DNA of 64,000 bases from Candidatus Dojkabacteria bacterium (GCA_035444565.1 DAOMOX010000001.1:130335-194334); one strand, 5' to 3'. Shown: positions 39,512 through 50,427, counted from the first letter of the stretch. The notes: a model not told the origin generated them from the sequence alone. A program made the numbers and translations.

Positions 39512-42247
39512 CTAATCTGTTAAAATCCCACCATTGGTTTTTCTTTTACCGATTAGATTTCCAACATATATGTGACCACCTAGTGCGAAGAATGCAATTC
39601 CCGAAATTATTGCTATTACTGGTATGATAATCCTGTTTGTATTATCACCTAGTATTCCTGTTGCTGGAAGACACATTACATTTACAGTGTGTACTGCTCT
39701 ACCGACTTCTATTCCATCCTGTTTCACTATCACGGTATTAACATAGGTCCCGAAATCAGCGTTTTGAACTGTAACTGAATATGTAAAGGTCTTAGTTTCG
39801 TTTGCAGCCATATTTGTATCTGCCCATACTATTTGGTTCAGGTCGGCATTATATACACCACCTGCAGAGATGGAACTCACACTTAGCAAATCTCCAGTCA
39901 CTTTCTCATCCAATATGTCTGTAATTTCCAATACTCTACTTTCAGAGGTTGGGTTTGTAACAGTCACTGTGTAGACAACTGTCGCAGATGTATCTGCTTG
40001 ACATGTTGGTGCAGAGGTTTTGGTTACTGTAACATTCCCTGGTACTACTACTGTTGTAGGATCATCATCTGTGACGACCTCTTCAGTATCTACTGATTTG
40101 GCAGTTACTGTAACAACATTTACAAAACCAGAGTTTACATTTGCTTGGGTACATGTAAATGATTTCGATTCTCCAATGGCAAGTGATACTTGAAGAGTAT
40201 CGGCAGTACCATCATCTTCTGTTAGATATCTTGTACATGATAGTGCTAATGGATCAGTAACATTTACATTTTCCAATGCAACTGCACCGATATTAGTTAC
40301 GGTAATGTAGAAAGTTGCAGTACCACCTTTTTCAACAGTCTGGGTATCTTGAGCCACTGAGTGATTTTCTACTTCCGATTTCTGTACTCTAATCGCCGGA
40401 GTTCCAGCTAATACAACTTCACTATCATCTTCATCCTCAACAGGGGACCTTCCATCGATAGGTGTTCCTATCACCTCGGCAACATTAGTATAGGATTCAG
40501 TAACATTAGTATCTTGACATGAGTAAGAAACACTTTGATCAACCTTAAGAACACCTGCAGGGGTACTGTCGGCTAAGTCTTCTGTCGAGATATTCCTAGC
40601 ACACCCTGGTGCCATTGCATCTGTAACGACTACATCTTTCAAGTCAATTTCTCCGGTATTTGTAACTGTGATATGGAATGTTGCGTTACCTCCTGAAGCT
40701 ATGATTTGGAAATCAGTGGCATTATTATGATCAGCAATTTCTGATTTGATAATTTGAATTTGCGGATTTAATCTAAATATACCAGCATCCCAACATAGAT
40801 CGGTTTCTCCTGCATCTAGTGTTATGTTTCCTGTATAACCAGTCGATATGTTTGCGTCACTATCTTTACAAGAATCTGTACCAGCGCCTTCAGGACTATA
40901 CGCAAAACCAGTTGGAAGCGTAAATTTGACCACGTATGTTCCTGCTTCTACGTTATCAAACAGATAACACCCTGTATTATCCGTGGTCTTTGTCTGTAGT
41001 GCTGTAGTTGAAGTCGAACTAGTATAAAGACCAACCGTTACGCCAGGCACACCAGTCGCTTCAGTGGTGTCTTGTATACCATCTTTGTTTATATCTTCCC
41101 AAACACAGTCTCCAATCTTTCCAACTTGCAGATAGTAACCTGCATCCCACGAATTGTCTGTCTGTCCAGCAGTTAAAGTGATGACCTCAGTTTTTCCTGA
41201 AACTACGTTTGCATCGCTATCTTTATCATTATTCGACCCTAAGTTTGCACCTGTTCGCGTGTAACTAGGTATATCTTCAAATTCAACAATATATTTCCCA
41301 GCATCAATATTTCTAAATGTATAATTACCTAATGCATCTGTTTGCAGTGTTGCAATCGCTGTGGTACCCGTATCTGTATATAAGTTAACTGTAACCCCTT
41401 CTATTCCTGGTTCTCCATCATCTTGAATACCATTTTTGTTGTTATCTCGCCATACGAAGTCTCCTAGATTAGCTTTTAATGGCTCTGGGGTAGGTGTTAG
41501 AGATGGAGTGACAGATGGTGTTATTGTTGGTGATGGTTTTGGTGTAGGAGTTGGTGTTGGTGTATCCTCAACAGCATTCCAAACTACTCTTACTCTATAT
41601 TCATGGGAACCATTACAAATTGGATCATCCTTATCTGTTCCAGTGGTTCTGTTACACCACTCTTCTGGTGGTCCATCCAATCCGGTAAAATTTATATCTA
41701 CAACCAAAGCTCCTTTCGAACTATCCCAATTCCCTGTCACAATCTTTGGAGTAGCAGGGAACCATGTGTTATCTTTTGTTTCATCAGCGTGTGGCAAATT
41801 AAATGGACCGATTTGCGCATTTGTGTAACCCAATGCTTTCAATGCATTAATCTCAGCGGTACAATCAGCCTGATCGGTACCGTTACCTAAATCTTCCATT
41901 ACAATCGTTTTATTTAATCCAGGAATTTTTAATTCGTGAGTTTCGTTCATTTGAACTATACAACTAGTATTTCCCGCACTCCAACCCCATTGTGTTTCGA
42001 TTTTAACTGTACCTTCTTTGAAATTAGTTGGTATTTGGAATGTTTCCTTTTGGGCTGGTTTTTGTTTCCAAATATCACCCACTCTCCACTCTGTTACAAC
42101 TGGTTCAACTGCAGCATCACTGTCATCAGGTGCGACTTCTCTTTTTTGGAAAAGGTACACACCAAGTATCAACATAAGAAACACAAAAAGACTTGCAACA
42201 GCAGCTATAATAAGCGTTTTGGTTCTTTTATCGTATGAAGTATTCAT
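39512..42247 (-). CDS. Large cell-surface protein: signal/TM, (TP)n linker, SdrD-B-like and DUF11-like Ig-fold repeats, C-terminal LPATG sorting signal plus TM.
   Basis: TPTPTPTPKPSPTITPSVTPSLTPTPEP linker. Repeated GDxVWxDxNxNGIQD (SdrD B-like). TVTNTG (DUF11-like). C-terminal LPATG, then a hydrophobic helix and KRK. Confidence 0.6.
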   Translation of the reverse strand: MNTSYDKRTKTLIIAAVASLFVFLMLILGVYLFQKREVAPDDSDAAVEPVVTEWRVGDIWKQKPAQKETFQIPTNFKEGTVKIETQWGWSAGNTSCIVQMNETHELKIPGLNKTIVMEDLGNGTDQADCTAEINALKALGYTNAQIGPFNLPHADETKDNTWFPATPKIVTGNWDSSKGALVVDINFTGLDGPPEEWCNRTTGTDKDDPICNGSHEYRVRVVWNAVEDTPTPTPTPKPSPTITPSVTPSLTPTPEPLKANLGDFVWRDNNKNGIQDDGEPGIEGVTVNLYTDTGTTAIATLQTDALGNYTFRNIDAGKYIVEFEDIPSYTRTGANLGSNNDKDSDANVVSGKTEVITLTAGQTDNSWDAGYYLQVGKIGDCVWEDINKDGIQDTTEATGVPGVTVGLYTSSTSTTALQTKTTDNTGCYLFDNVEAGTYVVKFTLPTGFAYSPEGAGTDSCKDSDANISTGYTGNITLDAGETDLCWDAGIFRLNPQIQIIKSEIADHNNATDFQIIASGGNATFHITVTNTGEIDLKDVVVTDAMAPGCARNISTEDLADSTPAGVLKVDQSVSYSCQDTNVTESYTNVAEVIGTPIDGRSPVEDEDDSEVVLAGTPAIRVQKSEVENHSVAQDTQTVEKGGTATFYITVTNIGAVALENVNVTDPLALSCTRYLTEDDGTADTLQVSLAIGESKSFTCTQANVNSGFVNVVTVTAKSVDTEEVVTDDDPTTVVVPGNVTVTKTSAPTCQADTSATVVYTVTVTNPTSESRVLEITDILDEKVTGDLLSVSSISAGGVYNADLNQIVWADTNMAANETKTFTYSVTVQNADFGTYVNTVIVKQDGIEVGRAVHTVNVMCLPATGILGDNTNRIIIPVIAIISGIAFFALGGHIYVGNLIGKRKTNGGILTD

Positions 42248-42340
42248 AGAGTTACGGTATCAAAAAATAGATATTATTAATAATCTAACACAAGCGCAAA
42301 GCGATGTTAAATAATTTTAGAGGAATTTACATTACGGGAT

Positions 42341-43084
42341 TTATGAGTGAAGACTTTCCAAAAAAGCGAGTACGTCTTCCCAACTCTTGGATGTGTAGTC
42401 AGCATAATCGTCAAGTTCTGTTCTATGAACATTTTCTGTGAAAAGCACAAACTTATCTACTTCTCCACTTTTTTTTACTTCGTAATCAGTATAACCATCT
42501 CCTATCATAACTTTATTACCAGATAGTTTCAGATTTTTTACACATTCTATTTTTCCGCCTGTCTTACATAAGGCAATATCTCTATCAATTCCTGAGATAT
42601 TATCCTCTAAATCATAAATAAACTTGTTGGACAAAACATTCATTTCGTCAATTCCGAATTCTTTTACGATTGGAACAATCCATTCTTCAAAACCACCAGA
42701 AATTATATAGATATTAGAAGAGTTATCTTGAAAAAAATTCTTGTTTCTAATAATTGATTCTGAAATATTTTCCTTTAATAAATCTACTAAATTTGCAATA
42801 TCGCTTCTGGATGACTTGAACATTTTCAGCCTAGAATCCAAAGAATCTTGGAAGCTGATTTTTCCAGTCATACCTTGATTTGTTATCTCTTCAATTTTGT
42901 TTATTATTTCTTGTTTACGAGTATTCCCATTTAAAGTAATTTTTGCGAGTTCCTCCAGTCCTTCAAGTTTTACAAAGGTACTATCAAAATCGATTATTAT
43001 ATTTGTATTTAAGTCAGATAGGTTCATAAAATCGATAAAAACAAGGAGTAATATATCAGAAATATTAGGTATCTGGAAATTCAA
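42341..43084 (-). CDS. HAD-IB (phosphoserine-phosphatase-like) hydrolase.
   Basis: IIDFDSTF (motif I) and GDGYTDYEV (motif III). Confidence 0.5.
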   Translation of the reverse strand: MNFQIPNISDILLLVFIDFMNLSDLNTNIIIDFDSTFVKLEGLEELAKITLNGNTRKQEIINKIEEITNQGMTGKISFQDSLDSRLKMFKSSRSDIANLVDLLKENISESIIRNKNFFQDNSSNIYIISGGFEEWIVPIVKEFGIDEMNVLSNKFIYDLEDNISGIDRDIALCKTGGKIECVKNLKLSGNKVMIGDGYTDYEVKKSGEVDKFVLFTENVHRTELDDYADYTSKSWEDVLAFLESLHS

Positions 43085-43353
43085 AAGATGAATTTTATCA
43101 ATATTAATTGTATTATTAGTTATATTTAATAATATTATGGATAATACTGGTCAAATCCTCCTCATCACTTTGGTCACCGCGATTGGAAGTAGCATTACTA
43201 CATATTTATATCGCAAGAGAAAGATAGCAAAAAAGGACTATAGTTTGTCAGATCATGCCAAGACTAAAAGACCCGACATAACTATCGGGATGTAAACGAT
43301 GATTGGAGTTTTTTAATAAGCAAGTTATAATTGCCTCATGATTTATTTCTGAC

Positions 43354-45087
43354 GTGAAGAGGTTTTCCAAATATAAAATATTACTACTTTTAATAATCCT
43401 TCTCGGTGCATTCTTACGTTTCTACAATCTCGACTGGGGCGATCAAAATTTTTTCCATCCAGACGAAAGGAACATAGCAATAGCCACTTCAAATATTAAT
43501 TTTATTAGAGGTGACTATAATCCTGACTTTTTTGCTTACGGAAGCTTTCCCATTTATATGATTTATATCGTTTCGAAGGGAGATTTCGAAACTTCACTAT
43601 TATTTGGAAGGTTATTAAGTGCTATTTTTTCTACTATAAGTTTGTATCTAATATACCTCATAACCAAAAACCTACTTTTTTCAATATTGCTCAAAGATGG
43701 TGAATCAATTAAGAAAACTAACAAGATTGAAACATATTCATTACTTGCTGTCGCATTGGCAGCTTTCTCTCCGGGTTTAATCCAATTTGCACACTTCACA
43801 ACATTTGAATCATTTCTTACATTTGAGTACTTGTTGTTTACATTTCTGGCACTCAAATTATTAAATAAGCCTTCTTTCCTCAATTATGTATTTATAGCAG
43901 TCATAATGGGACTTTCTGTAGGAACGAAGATAGTCAGTCTCTTTTTGGTTGGGGTATTTCTAGTGATTCATTTCTTCGTTAATCTCAAAGGAAGAACGAA
44001 GGATACAAATAAGTTGAAATTTATTATTAAATTCCCTTTCAAATTTCTTAATAATAAGTTCTTTTCAGCGGTTCTGTTATCAATCCTTATTTTCGTTCTC
44101 ACAAATCCATTTATTTTTCTAGATTATCAAAACTTCAGAAATTCACTTAATTATGAAAGTTCTGTTGCAAGAGGCACACTGCCAGTTTTCTACACACAAC
44201 AATTCTTAGAAACCATTCCATTCGTATATCAAGTTTTGTACGTTTTCCCAAGTCTGATAAGCTGGCCACTTACGATTTTCTCGTTATTTGCACTGTTTTA
44301 TCTGATTATTTATTGTCTAAGGTATGGTCTTAGGTACATTTTCAAAAACGAATCCAAGACCAAACTTCCTATTATTGTATTCACGCTTATCGGGCTAGGT
44401 TACACCGCCTTCCACTTAACAATGTATGTTAAATGGAGTCGATATATGGTTCCTTCAATTCCTTTTTTAATAATTGCCTTCGTCATAGTTCTGGTAAATC
44501 TTTCGTATAAACGTCATAAAATGATTAGATTGATTTCGAAATCCACATTATTTGTGGTTTCAATATTTGCAATTATTCAAGGGTTGAATTTCTTTACAAT
44601 CTATCTTAAACCCGACCCTCGACTTGAAGCTGCAACTTGGCTAAAAGACGATGCAGAGAATAGCGATACTTTTGCAGGAGAAGTCTACGATATTGGAATG
44701 ACTGCGTTCAATGGAGCTGTAGGCAATCATAGAATTACCGAGTATGACTACTACAATCTTGACGATGGAATAAACGATCAAGCTGAATTAGAATCACTTA
44801 ACAAGTTGATGGATGAGTCAGAGTATGTCATTGTGCCCGCCGAGAGAATATATCCTACAAGAGTTCGACTGAAAGATGAATTCCCAAACGGATATCGACA
44901 CTATGAACAACTTTTTGAGGGAGAATTGGGGTTCGTCAAAGTTGCTGAGTTCACCAGAACCACATATCTAGAAGATTTATTTGATATTAGTTTTTATAGT
45001 GGAGGAATATTTATGCCTTTGAACTACGATGAAACATTTAGAGTTTTTGATCAACCTACTGTAACAATCTTTAAGAAAAACACATGA
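43354..45087 (+). CDS. GT-C membrane glycosyltransferase (ArnT/PMT-like, GT39/GT83 family).
   Basis: N-terminal LRFYNLDWGDQNFFHPDER is characteristic of ArnT/PMT_2. About 12 TM segments. Confidence 0.55.
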   Translation: MKRFSKYKILLLLIILLGAFLRFYNLDWGDQNFFHPDERNIAIATSNINFIRGDYNPDFFAYGSFPIYMIYIVSKGDFETSLLFGRLLSAIFSTISLYLIYLITKNLLFSILLKDGESIKKTNKIETYSLLAVALAAFSPGLIQFAHFTTFESFLTFEYLLFTFLALKLLNKPSFLNYVFIAVIMGLSVGTKIVSLFLVGVFLVIHFFVNLKGRTKDTNKLKFIIKFPFKFLNNKFFSAVLLSILIFVLTNPFIFLDYQNFRNSLNYESSVARGTLPVFYTQQFLETIPFVYQVLYVFPSLISWPLTIFSLFALFYLIIYCLRYGLRYIFKNESKTKLPIIVFTLIGLGYTAFHLTMYVKWSRYMVPSIPFLIIAFVIVLVNLSYKRHKMIRLISKSTLFVVSIFAIIQGLNFFTIYLKPDPRLEAATWLKDDAENSDTFAGEVYDIGMTAFNGAVGNHRITEYDYYNLDDGINDQAELESLNKLMDESEYVIVPAERIYPTRVRLKDEFPNGYRHYEQLFEGELGFVKVAEFTRTTYLEDLFDISFYSGGIFMPLNYDETFRVFDQPTVTIFKKNT

Positions 45088-46214
45088 ATATTGTAATGTT
45101 AACTACTTATTATCACCCTCATGTCAGTGGACTCACACTTTATTTCCAGCGTTTAGCTGAAGAATATGTAGAACTTGGACATAATGTCACAATTTTGTGT
45201 GCACAACATGATAAAAATCTAAAGAGCAAAGAAATTATCAAAGGAGTAAAAGTCATAAGAACTCCTTATCTAATCAAAATTAATAAAGGCATGATTTTGC
45301 CTAAAATCATTATTGATGCTTGGAAACCATTGAAGGAGGCTGATGTATTGCATAATAATCTCCCATCCATAGAAGCGCTTCCAGTGGTAATACTGGCTAA
45401 GCTGTTTCGTAAGCCAATAGTCACAACTTATGTTTGCGATATCACACTACCCAAATTTTTCGGAAGTAAATTATTGGATAAAATCATAGATATTAACCAT
45501 CATCTCGTACTAAAACTCTCAGATACCATAGCTTCATTTACACTAGATTTTGCCAAGCATTCTAGAGTTTTGAAAGGATATTATAAAAATACCGTAGAGG
45601 TATTACCCATAGTAGAACTGAATAAGAAACATATAATCAAAATAAACGAGTTAGAGAATTCTCCCCATCCTCGAATCGGCATGGCGACTAGAATTGCAGC
45701 GGATAAAGGTATCGACTATTTGGTAAATGCATTGCCATTAATTTGGAAGAAATATCCGACAGCCGAGTTATTCATAGTTGGAACTATTAACGCAGTGGGA
45801 GAAGAAAAGTATTTAGAAAAACTCAAACCATTGTTTAAGAAATATGAAGAAAAAATACATTTGTTAGGACAAATAGATCCAAACGCAATGCCTTATTATT
45901 TTAAAAACATTGATGTTTTAGTTGTGGCCAGTACAAACTCTACCGAGGCTTTTGGCATGGTACAAGTTGAAGCTATGCTAGAGGGGACACCAGTTGTGGC
46001 TACCGATTTGCCGGGTGTCAGAGTACCCATTAAAACAACTGGTATGGGTGAAATTGCAAAAATTGCTGATAGTGAAGATTTAGCGAAGAAAATTATCAGT
46101 GTGTTAAGCAATGCTAAATCCTACTCCATGGACACTCTCCATAAATTCAATAAACAAAGTGTGATTGAGACAAACCTGAATTTATATAAAGACTTGTTGA
46201 AAAGAGATGAATAA
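45084..46214 (+). CDS. GT4 glycosyltransferase.
   Basis: EAFGMVQVEAMLEGTPVVATD matches the GT4 E-x7-E region. Start overlaps the upstream stop (ATGA). Confidence 0.7.
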   Translation: MNIVMLTTYYHPHVSGLTLYFQRLAEEYVELGHNVTILCAQHDKNLKSKEIIKGVKVIRTPYLIKINKGMILPKIIIDAWKPLKEADVLHNNLPSIEALPVVILAKLFRKPIVTTYVCDITLPKFFGSKLLDKIIDINHHLVLKLSDTIASFTLDFAKHSRVLKGYYKNTVEVLPIVELNKKHIIKINELENSPHPRIGMATRIAADKGIDYLVNALPLIWKKYPTAELFIVGTINAVGEEKYLEKLKPLFKKYEEKIHLLGQIDPNAMPYYFKNIDVLVVASTNSTEAFGMVQVEAMLEGTPVVATDLPGVRVPIKTTGMGEIAKIADSEDLAKKIISVLSNAKSYSMDTLHKFNKQSVIETNLNLYKDLLKRDE

Positions 46215-47811
46215 ATCGATACTGAAGAAATACCTACCATTCCTAACCTTCATCATCTTCTGTATTTATATTATCACCATAGAACTTTCATATTATTTTG
46301 ATTCCTCATTAGGAAAAATAGGGGTTGTATTATGGTATATGTTGGGAGTCCTACTTATCACGCACACTATTCTTGAACTTTTCAGTTTACTGAAAAAAGT
46401 ATCTAAAGGCCATTTCATAGTACCACTTGTTATTTTTCTAATATTAAATGTTGTTGGAATCTTCTATATGGCCAGGCCTGAAAACATAAGCTTGGAAGCG
46501 ACCCAACAGGTAAGTTGTGCAATTAATAATTTCTCAGTTTCGGAAGACTGGGGATATTTTCAAAATTGCTTTCTAGGTTACCCTGCAAGACAATTTTTAA
46601 TGCCTTTAATTCCTAGCTTAGTTGGTAAAAGTGTCTTCACACTACATCTAGGTAACTATATATACTTCCTAATTGGCCAAGTCTTATTTTTATCGGTCTC
46701 AGCAAAATGGATTTCCCCGACTAAAAAAATCCAGGTGTATTTGGTTTCGATGTTATTAATCATTCCTTTTCATTTTCATTTTTTTAACTACTTAAATCTA
46801 ACCTTCGAACAAGCATTTTATCCAATCGGACTCGGGTTAATTTTGTTTTCAACTTTGTTGAATATGAAGTTACAGATTAACGTCCGCAATATTTTGATTT
46901 TCCTAATTTCGGGATTACTTATAATCTCTTCATACACAACTGCACTTGCATATATTCCACTAATATTTTTATTCGGATTGTATTTCCTAATAATACAGAA
47001 ATCTAGTAAAAAGCATAAAACAATAATTTTGTCATCACTAATTACACTGGCCGTGTCATTAGTAGTATCACTCGCATACAGAGGGGACTTGCGGTTTGAA
47101 AATAATAAGGAAGTTCTGGACAAAGAAAAAACGGAGCTAATTGTTCGAACAATCTTCGGGCTCAGTGATGGTATAAATTTTGTTTCTCCAGTTTTTACAC
47201 TAATTTGGATTCTGACCTTGGTATCTGCACTTCTATTTAAGTTTAGATTGCTTGGGGTTGTATTTCTGGTTTGGGTAATTGCAGTATTCCACTCATCCGT
47301 TTCAACACATGGTTACGCAGGTCCTGACATGGTTTTCTCATTATATCGAGCGAGTGTTTTAATCCCACCAATGCTGTTCTTACTACTTTATAATAGAGTT
47401 GGTTTTTTCAATAAAAAATATTCTTTAATAGTGGTTTTGATTTTATTGATAAGTGGATTGCTCTTTCAATACGACTATTATAAAACTAAAGCCGATAACA
47501 AATCCGTAATACTTTACGAACTATATACTACTCTAAACAGAGAAGTCGAACCCCCAAAGGAAAAGCTTTATCTTTTTGAACTAGATAAAGAACCATTTCT
47601 CCCAATACTCAATGGTAGCGGATATTTTATGAAAGATATCGAATTAATTTTTACCAAAGATCTGTGCATTGTCGATTCTAAGAATTCCGCAATCCTCTCA
47701 GATAAAGCTATTCCTGATGTAGAATGTGAGAACGAAGTTGATTATAATCAACTTGACCAAAAATCTTTAACCATAGAAGGAATAAATGATACTCTTTATT
47801 TGTATCAATAA
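46207..47811 (+). CDS. Polytopic membrane protein (possible GT-C fold or polymerase), hypothetical.
   Basis: More than 12 TM helices. Embedded in the glycosyltransferase operon with start/stop overlaps. Confidence 0.4.
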   Translation: MNKSILKKYLPFLTFIIFCIYIITIELSYYFDSSLGKIGVVLWYMLGVLLITHTILELFSLLKKVSKGHFIVPLVIFLILNVVGIFYMARPENISLEATQQVSCAINNFSVSEDWGYFQNCFLGYPARQFLMPLIPSLVGKSVFTLHLGNYIYFLIGQVLFLSVSAKWISPTKKIQVYLVSMLLIIPFHFHFFNYLNLTFEQAFYPIGLGLILFSTLLNMKLQINVRNILIFLISGLLIISSYTTALAYIPLIFLFGLYFLIIQKSSKKHKTIILSSLITLAVSLVVSLAYRGDLRFENNKEVLDKEKTELIVRTIFGLSDGINFVSPVFTLIWILTLVSALLFKFRLLGVVFLVWVIAVFHSSVSTHGYAGPDMVFSLYRASVLIPPMLFLLLYNRVGFFNKKYSLIVVLILLISGLLFQYDYYKTKADNKSVILYELYTTLNREVEPPKEKLYLFELDKEPFLPILNGSGYFMKDIELIFTKDLCIVDSKNSAILSDKAIPDVECENEVDYNQLDQKSLTIEGINDTLYLYQ

Positions 47812-47815
47812 TTAA

Positions 47816-49642
47816 ATGAAGAAATATTTAACAAAACTAAATTTTTACGAGATTGTATTACTTGTATTAATTGTTCTTTTAGCTTCTTATTTTAGGTTTA
47901 CCGGAACAAATTGGGATAATTTTGCACACCTTCATCCTGATGAGAGATACATGACAATGGTAGCCATTGCCGTGCAGTGGCCTGAAGACTTTGAAGAGTA
48001 TCTTGATCCGCAGACATCTCCACTTTCCCCTTACAACAATAACTTTGGTTCTTACATTTACGGGACACTTCCTCTATTTTTCGTGAAATATGTTGCCGAT
48101 AGTTTGGAATTAGGCGATTACAACAATCTCCACCTAGTCGGAAGGACCTTGAGCGGAATTCTAGATATTGGAAATCTCTTATTAATATATTTAATTGGCA
48201 ACAATATCTATAGAAAACGTCTTGGATTAATTGCGGCGTTATTCTATGCAGTAGCAGTTATGCCAATTCAACAAAGTCATTTTTTCACAACAGATACGTA
48301 CGAAACATTTTTCGCTTTGATTACATTCCTACTATTAATAATTTTTCTAAAGGTTAGATCACCCATGATTAATGTTTCTCTTAGCATTTTAATAGGAATC
48401 TCTATGGGACTTGCCCTTGCAAGTAAAATCTCAGCTGCAGTATTTGGATTGATGATTGGTGTTGCTTTAGCTATGAAATTCCTACAACAGTTAAAAAGAT
48501 TTTCACTTCCAAGAAATATGTTTTATGTTGTTGATTTTGCTCTTCTAATCCTTATCACAATTTATGTCGTCTTCCGGTTAGCCTCCCCATATATATTTAA
48601 TGATGCTAGTTGGTTGGATATCACCTTGAATAAAAGCTTCCTCGAGTCTCTTAATTTCCAAAGATCTGCGATTACAGGTGAAGTTATATTCCCGCCTTCG
48701 ATGCAATGGTTCGAAACTACCCCATACCTATTTCCTTTGAAAAATATAATAGTATGGGGACTTGGTATTCCGATAGGAATAAGTGCGATCTTTGGACTTG
48801 GATATTTTGTTTATGAACAGATTCTATATCTGAAGCACCATTACAAATTAAAGCAACTTCTTACACCACTTACATCCCCATTATTAATAGCATTTATCTG
48901 GATAATTGGTGATTTCATTTACAGAGGCGGAAATTTTGTAAAGTCGTTTAGATATTTACTGGCGATACTCCCATTCCTCACAATTTTTGCAGCTTTAGCA
49001 ATTTACCAACTAAAGAAAGTCAATAAACGAATTTATTATATTGTTTTGGCACTGGTGTTTTTACCTACACTGCTTTGGGCTTACGCGTTTACGAACATAT
49101 ATAGAACAACCACAACAAGGATTGAAGCATCAGACTGGATTTACGAGAATGTTCCAGCAAATAGTACTGCAGTTGTTGAACATTGGGACGATGGTATACC
49201 ATTTAAAACGTTGGTACCTCCTCCTCATTTATACAATGCAACTGAACTCGCTGTTTACAATCCAGACGATCATACAAAGATTCCTTATCTTTTCGAAGTA
49301 CTTAGTAAGACGGATTATATATTTATAAGTAGTGATCGAGCACGAATGACAATCGGAGAGCTTCCTGAGAGACACCCTGTTATGGCATCGTATTATTCCG
49401 CTCTTGATGATGGTTCTCTGGGGTATAAATTAATAAAAGAAGTTTCATCTTACCCGCAAATTTTCGGAATTGAAATAAATGATAGTAAAGCAGAAGAAGC
49501 TTTCTGGGTATATGATCATCCAACTGTTAGAATATACAAAAAAGAAAGACAATTGCCTATGAATGAATTCTCTTGTGTACTTGGCCGTGAGAAGGGTTCA
49601 GTTTGGAGTGAATCTAGATGTGTAAATATAAACGAATTATGA
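47816..49642 (+). CDS. GT-C membrane glycosyltransferase (ArnT/PMT_2-like), second copy.
   Basis: YFRFTGTNWDNFAHLHPDERY matches the same motif as the 43354 gene. Confidence 0.6.
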   Translation: MKKYLTKLNFYEIVLLVLIVLLASYFRFTGTNWDNFAHLHPDERYMTMVAIAVQWPEDFEEYLDPQTSPLSPYNNNFGSYIYGTLPLFFVKYVADSLELGDYNNLHLVGRTLSGILDIGNLLLIYLIGNNIYRKRLGLIAALFYAVAVMPIQQSHFFTTDTYETFFALITFLLLIIFLKVRSPMINVSLSILIGISMGLALASKISAAVFGLMIGVALAMKFLQQLKRFSLPRNMFYVVDFALLILITIYVVFRLASPYIFNDASWLDITLNKSFLESLNFQRSAITGEVIFPPSMQWFETTPYLFPLKNIIVWGLGIPIGISAIFGLGYFVYEQILYLKHHYKLKQLLTPLTSPLLIAFIWIIGDFIYRGGNFVKSFRYLLAILPFLTIFAALAIYQLKKVNKRIYYIVLALVFLPTLLWAYAFTNIYRTTTTRIEASDWIYENVPANSTAVVEHWDDGIPFKTLVPPPHLYNATELAVYNPDDHTKIPYLFEVLSKTDYIFISSDRARMTIGELPERHPVMASYYSALDDGSLGYKLIKEVSSYPQIFGIEINDSKAEEAFWVYDHPTVRIYKKERQLPMNEFSCVLGREKGSVWSESRCVNINEL

Positions 49643-50427
49643 ATACGACTATAAATTTAATCAAAAGAATAAAATATTACCTGATTTCTATTAAAACTCT
49701 ACTTATCAAAGTTCCCCTCAAAGTTCTTTGGAATATGACTTTTAACAAGGAAACAGTGCTAAAACTTGACGACGGTGCCTCATTCAAATTAAGGAACAAA
49801 TTCGATTTATGGGTTGTGAAAGAAACCTATCTAGATGAAGATTATCGAATTGATGATGACTTGATTGCTGAAAATCCAACTATTATCGATATTGGCGCAT
49901 ATATTGGTGACTACGCAATCTGGGCTGCAAAAAAATACTTGAATTCGAAAGTTTATGCTATTGAGCCTGTTAAAGAAAATTATGATTTAGTTTTAGAGAA
50001 TATCGAAAACAGTTCACTAAGCAATATTAAGCCCTATCGATTAGCACTTCACAGTTCCGAAACGGAACAATATCTGAAAACAAAGAACATCAGTCTTAGC
50101 CAAAGCTTCATTGCACAAAATGAAGAATCCATGGACGAAAAATCTCCAAGTATGTCTCTCAAAAACTTTATGAAAGTAGAAAATATTAAAAAATGTCATA
50201 TCTTGAAAATGGACTGTGAAGGTTCAGAATATGATATTTTACTTAATTCAGAAATCACATTCCTGAAAGAGAAGTTCGACAATATCATCTTGGAGTATCA
50301 TACGCATCCCGAATATTCATACAAGGATTTGGTTAAGCATCTTGAATCAGCAGATTTTGAAGTGGAGATAATCGCACCGAAGTTTGAGAATGGAACTGGA
50401 TTTATGAAAGCAAAGAAGTCTAAATAA
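49618..50427 (+). CDS. FkbM-family SAM-dependent methyltransferase.
   Basis: IIDIGAYIGDY SAM-binding Gly-rich loop and LKMDCEGSEYDIL FkbM motif. Confidence 0.6.
   Translation: MCKYKRIMNTTINLIKRIKYYLISIKTLLIKVPLKVLWNMTFNKETVLKLDDGASFKLRNKFDLWVVKETYLDEDYRIDDDLIAENPTIIDIGAYIGDYAIWAAKKYLNSKVYAIEPVKENYDLVLENIENSSLSNIKPYRLALHSSETEQYLKTKNISLSQSFIAQNEESMDEKSPSMSLKNFMKVENIKKCHILKMDCEGSEYDILLNSEITFLKEKFDNIILEYHTHPEYSYKDLVKHLESADFEVEIIAPKFENGTGFMKAKKSK

Noticed and set aside
43136-43295. About 52-codon + strand micro-ORF encoding a single-TM peptide (MDNTGQILLITLVTAIGSS...) in the 270-nt gap before the glycosylation operon.
   Set aside because: It is below reliable calling size and the frame could not be verified cleanly by hand. 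It is recorded in case a search for small-protein homologues is run.
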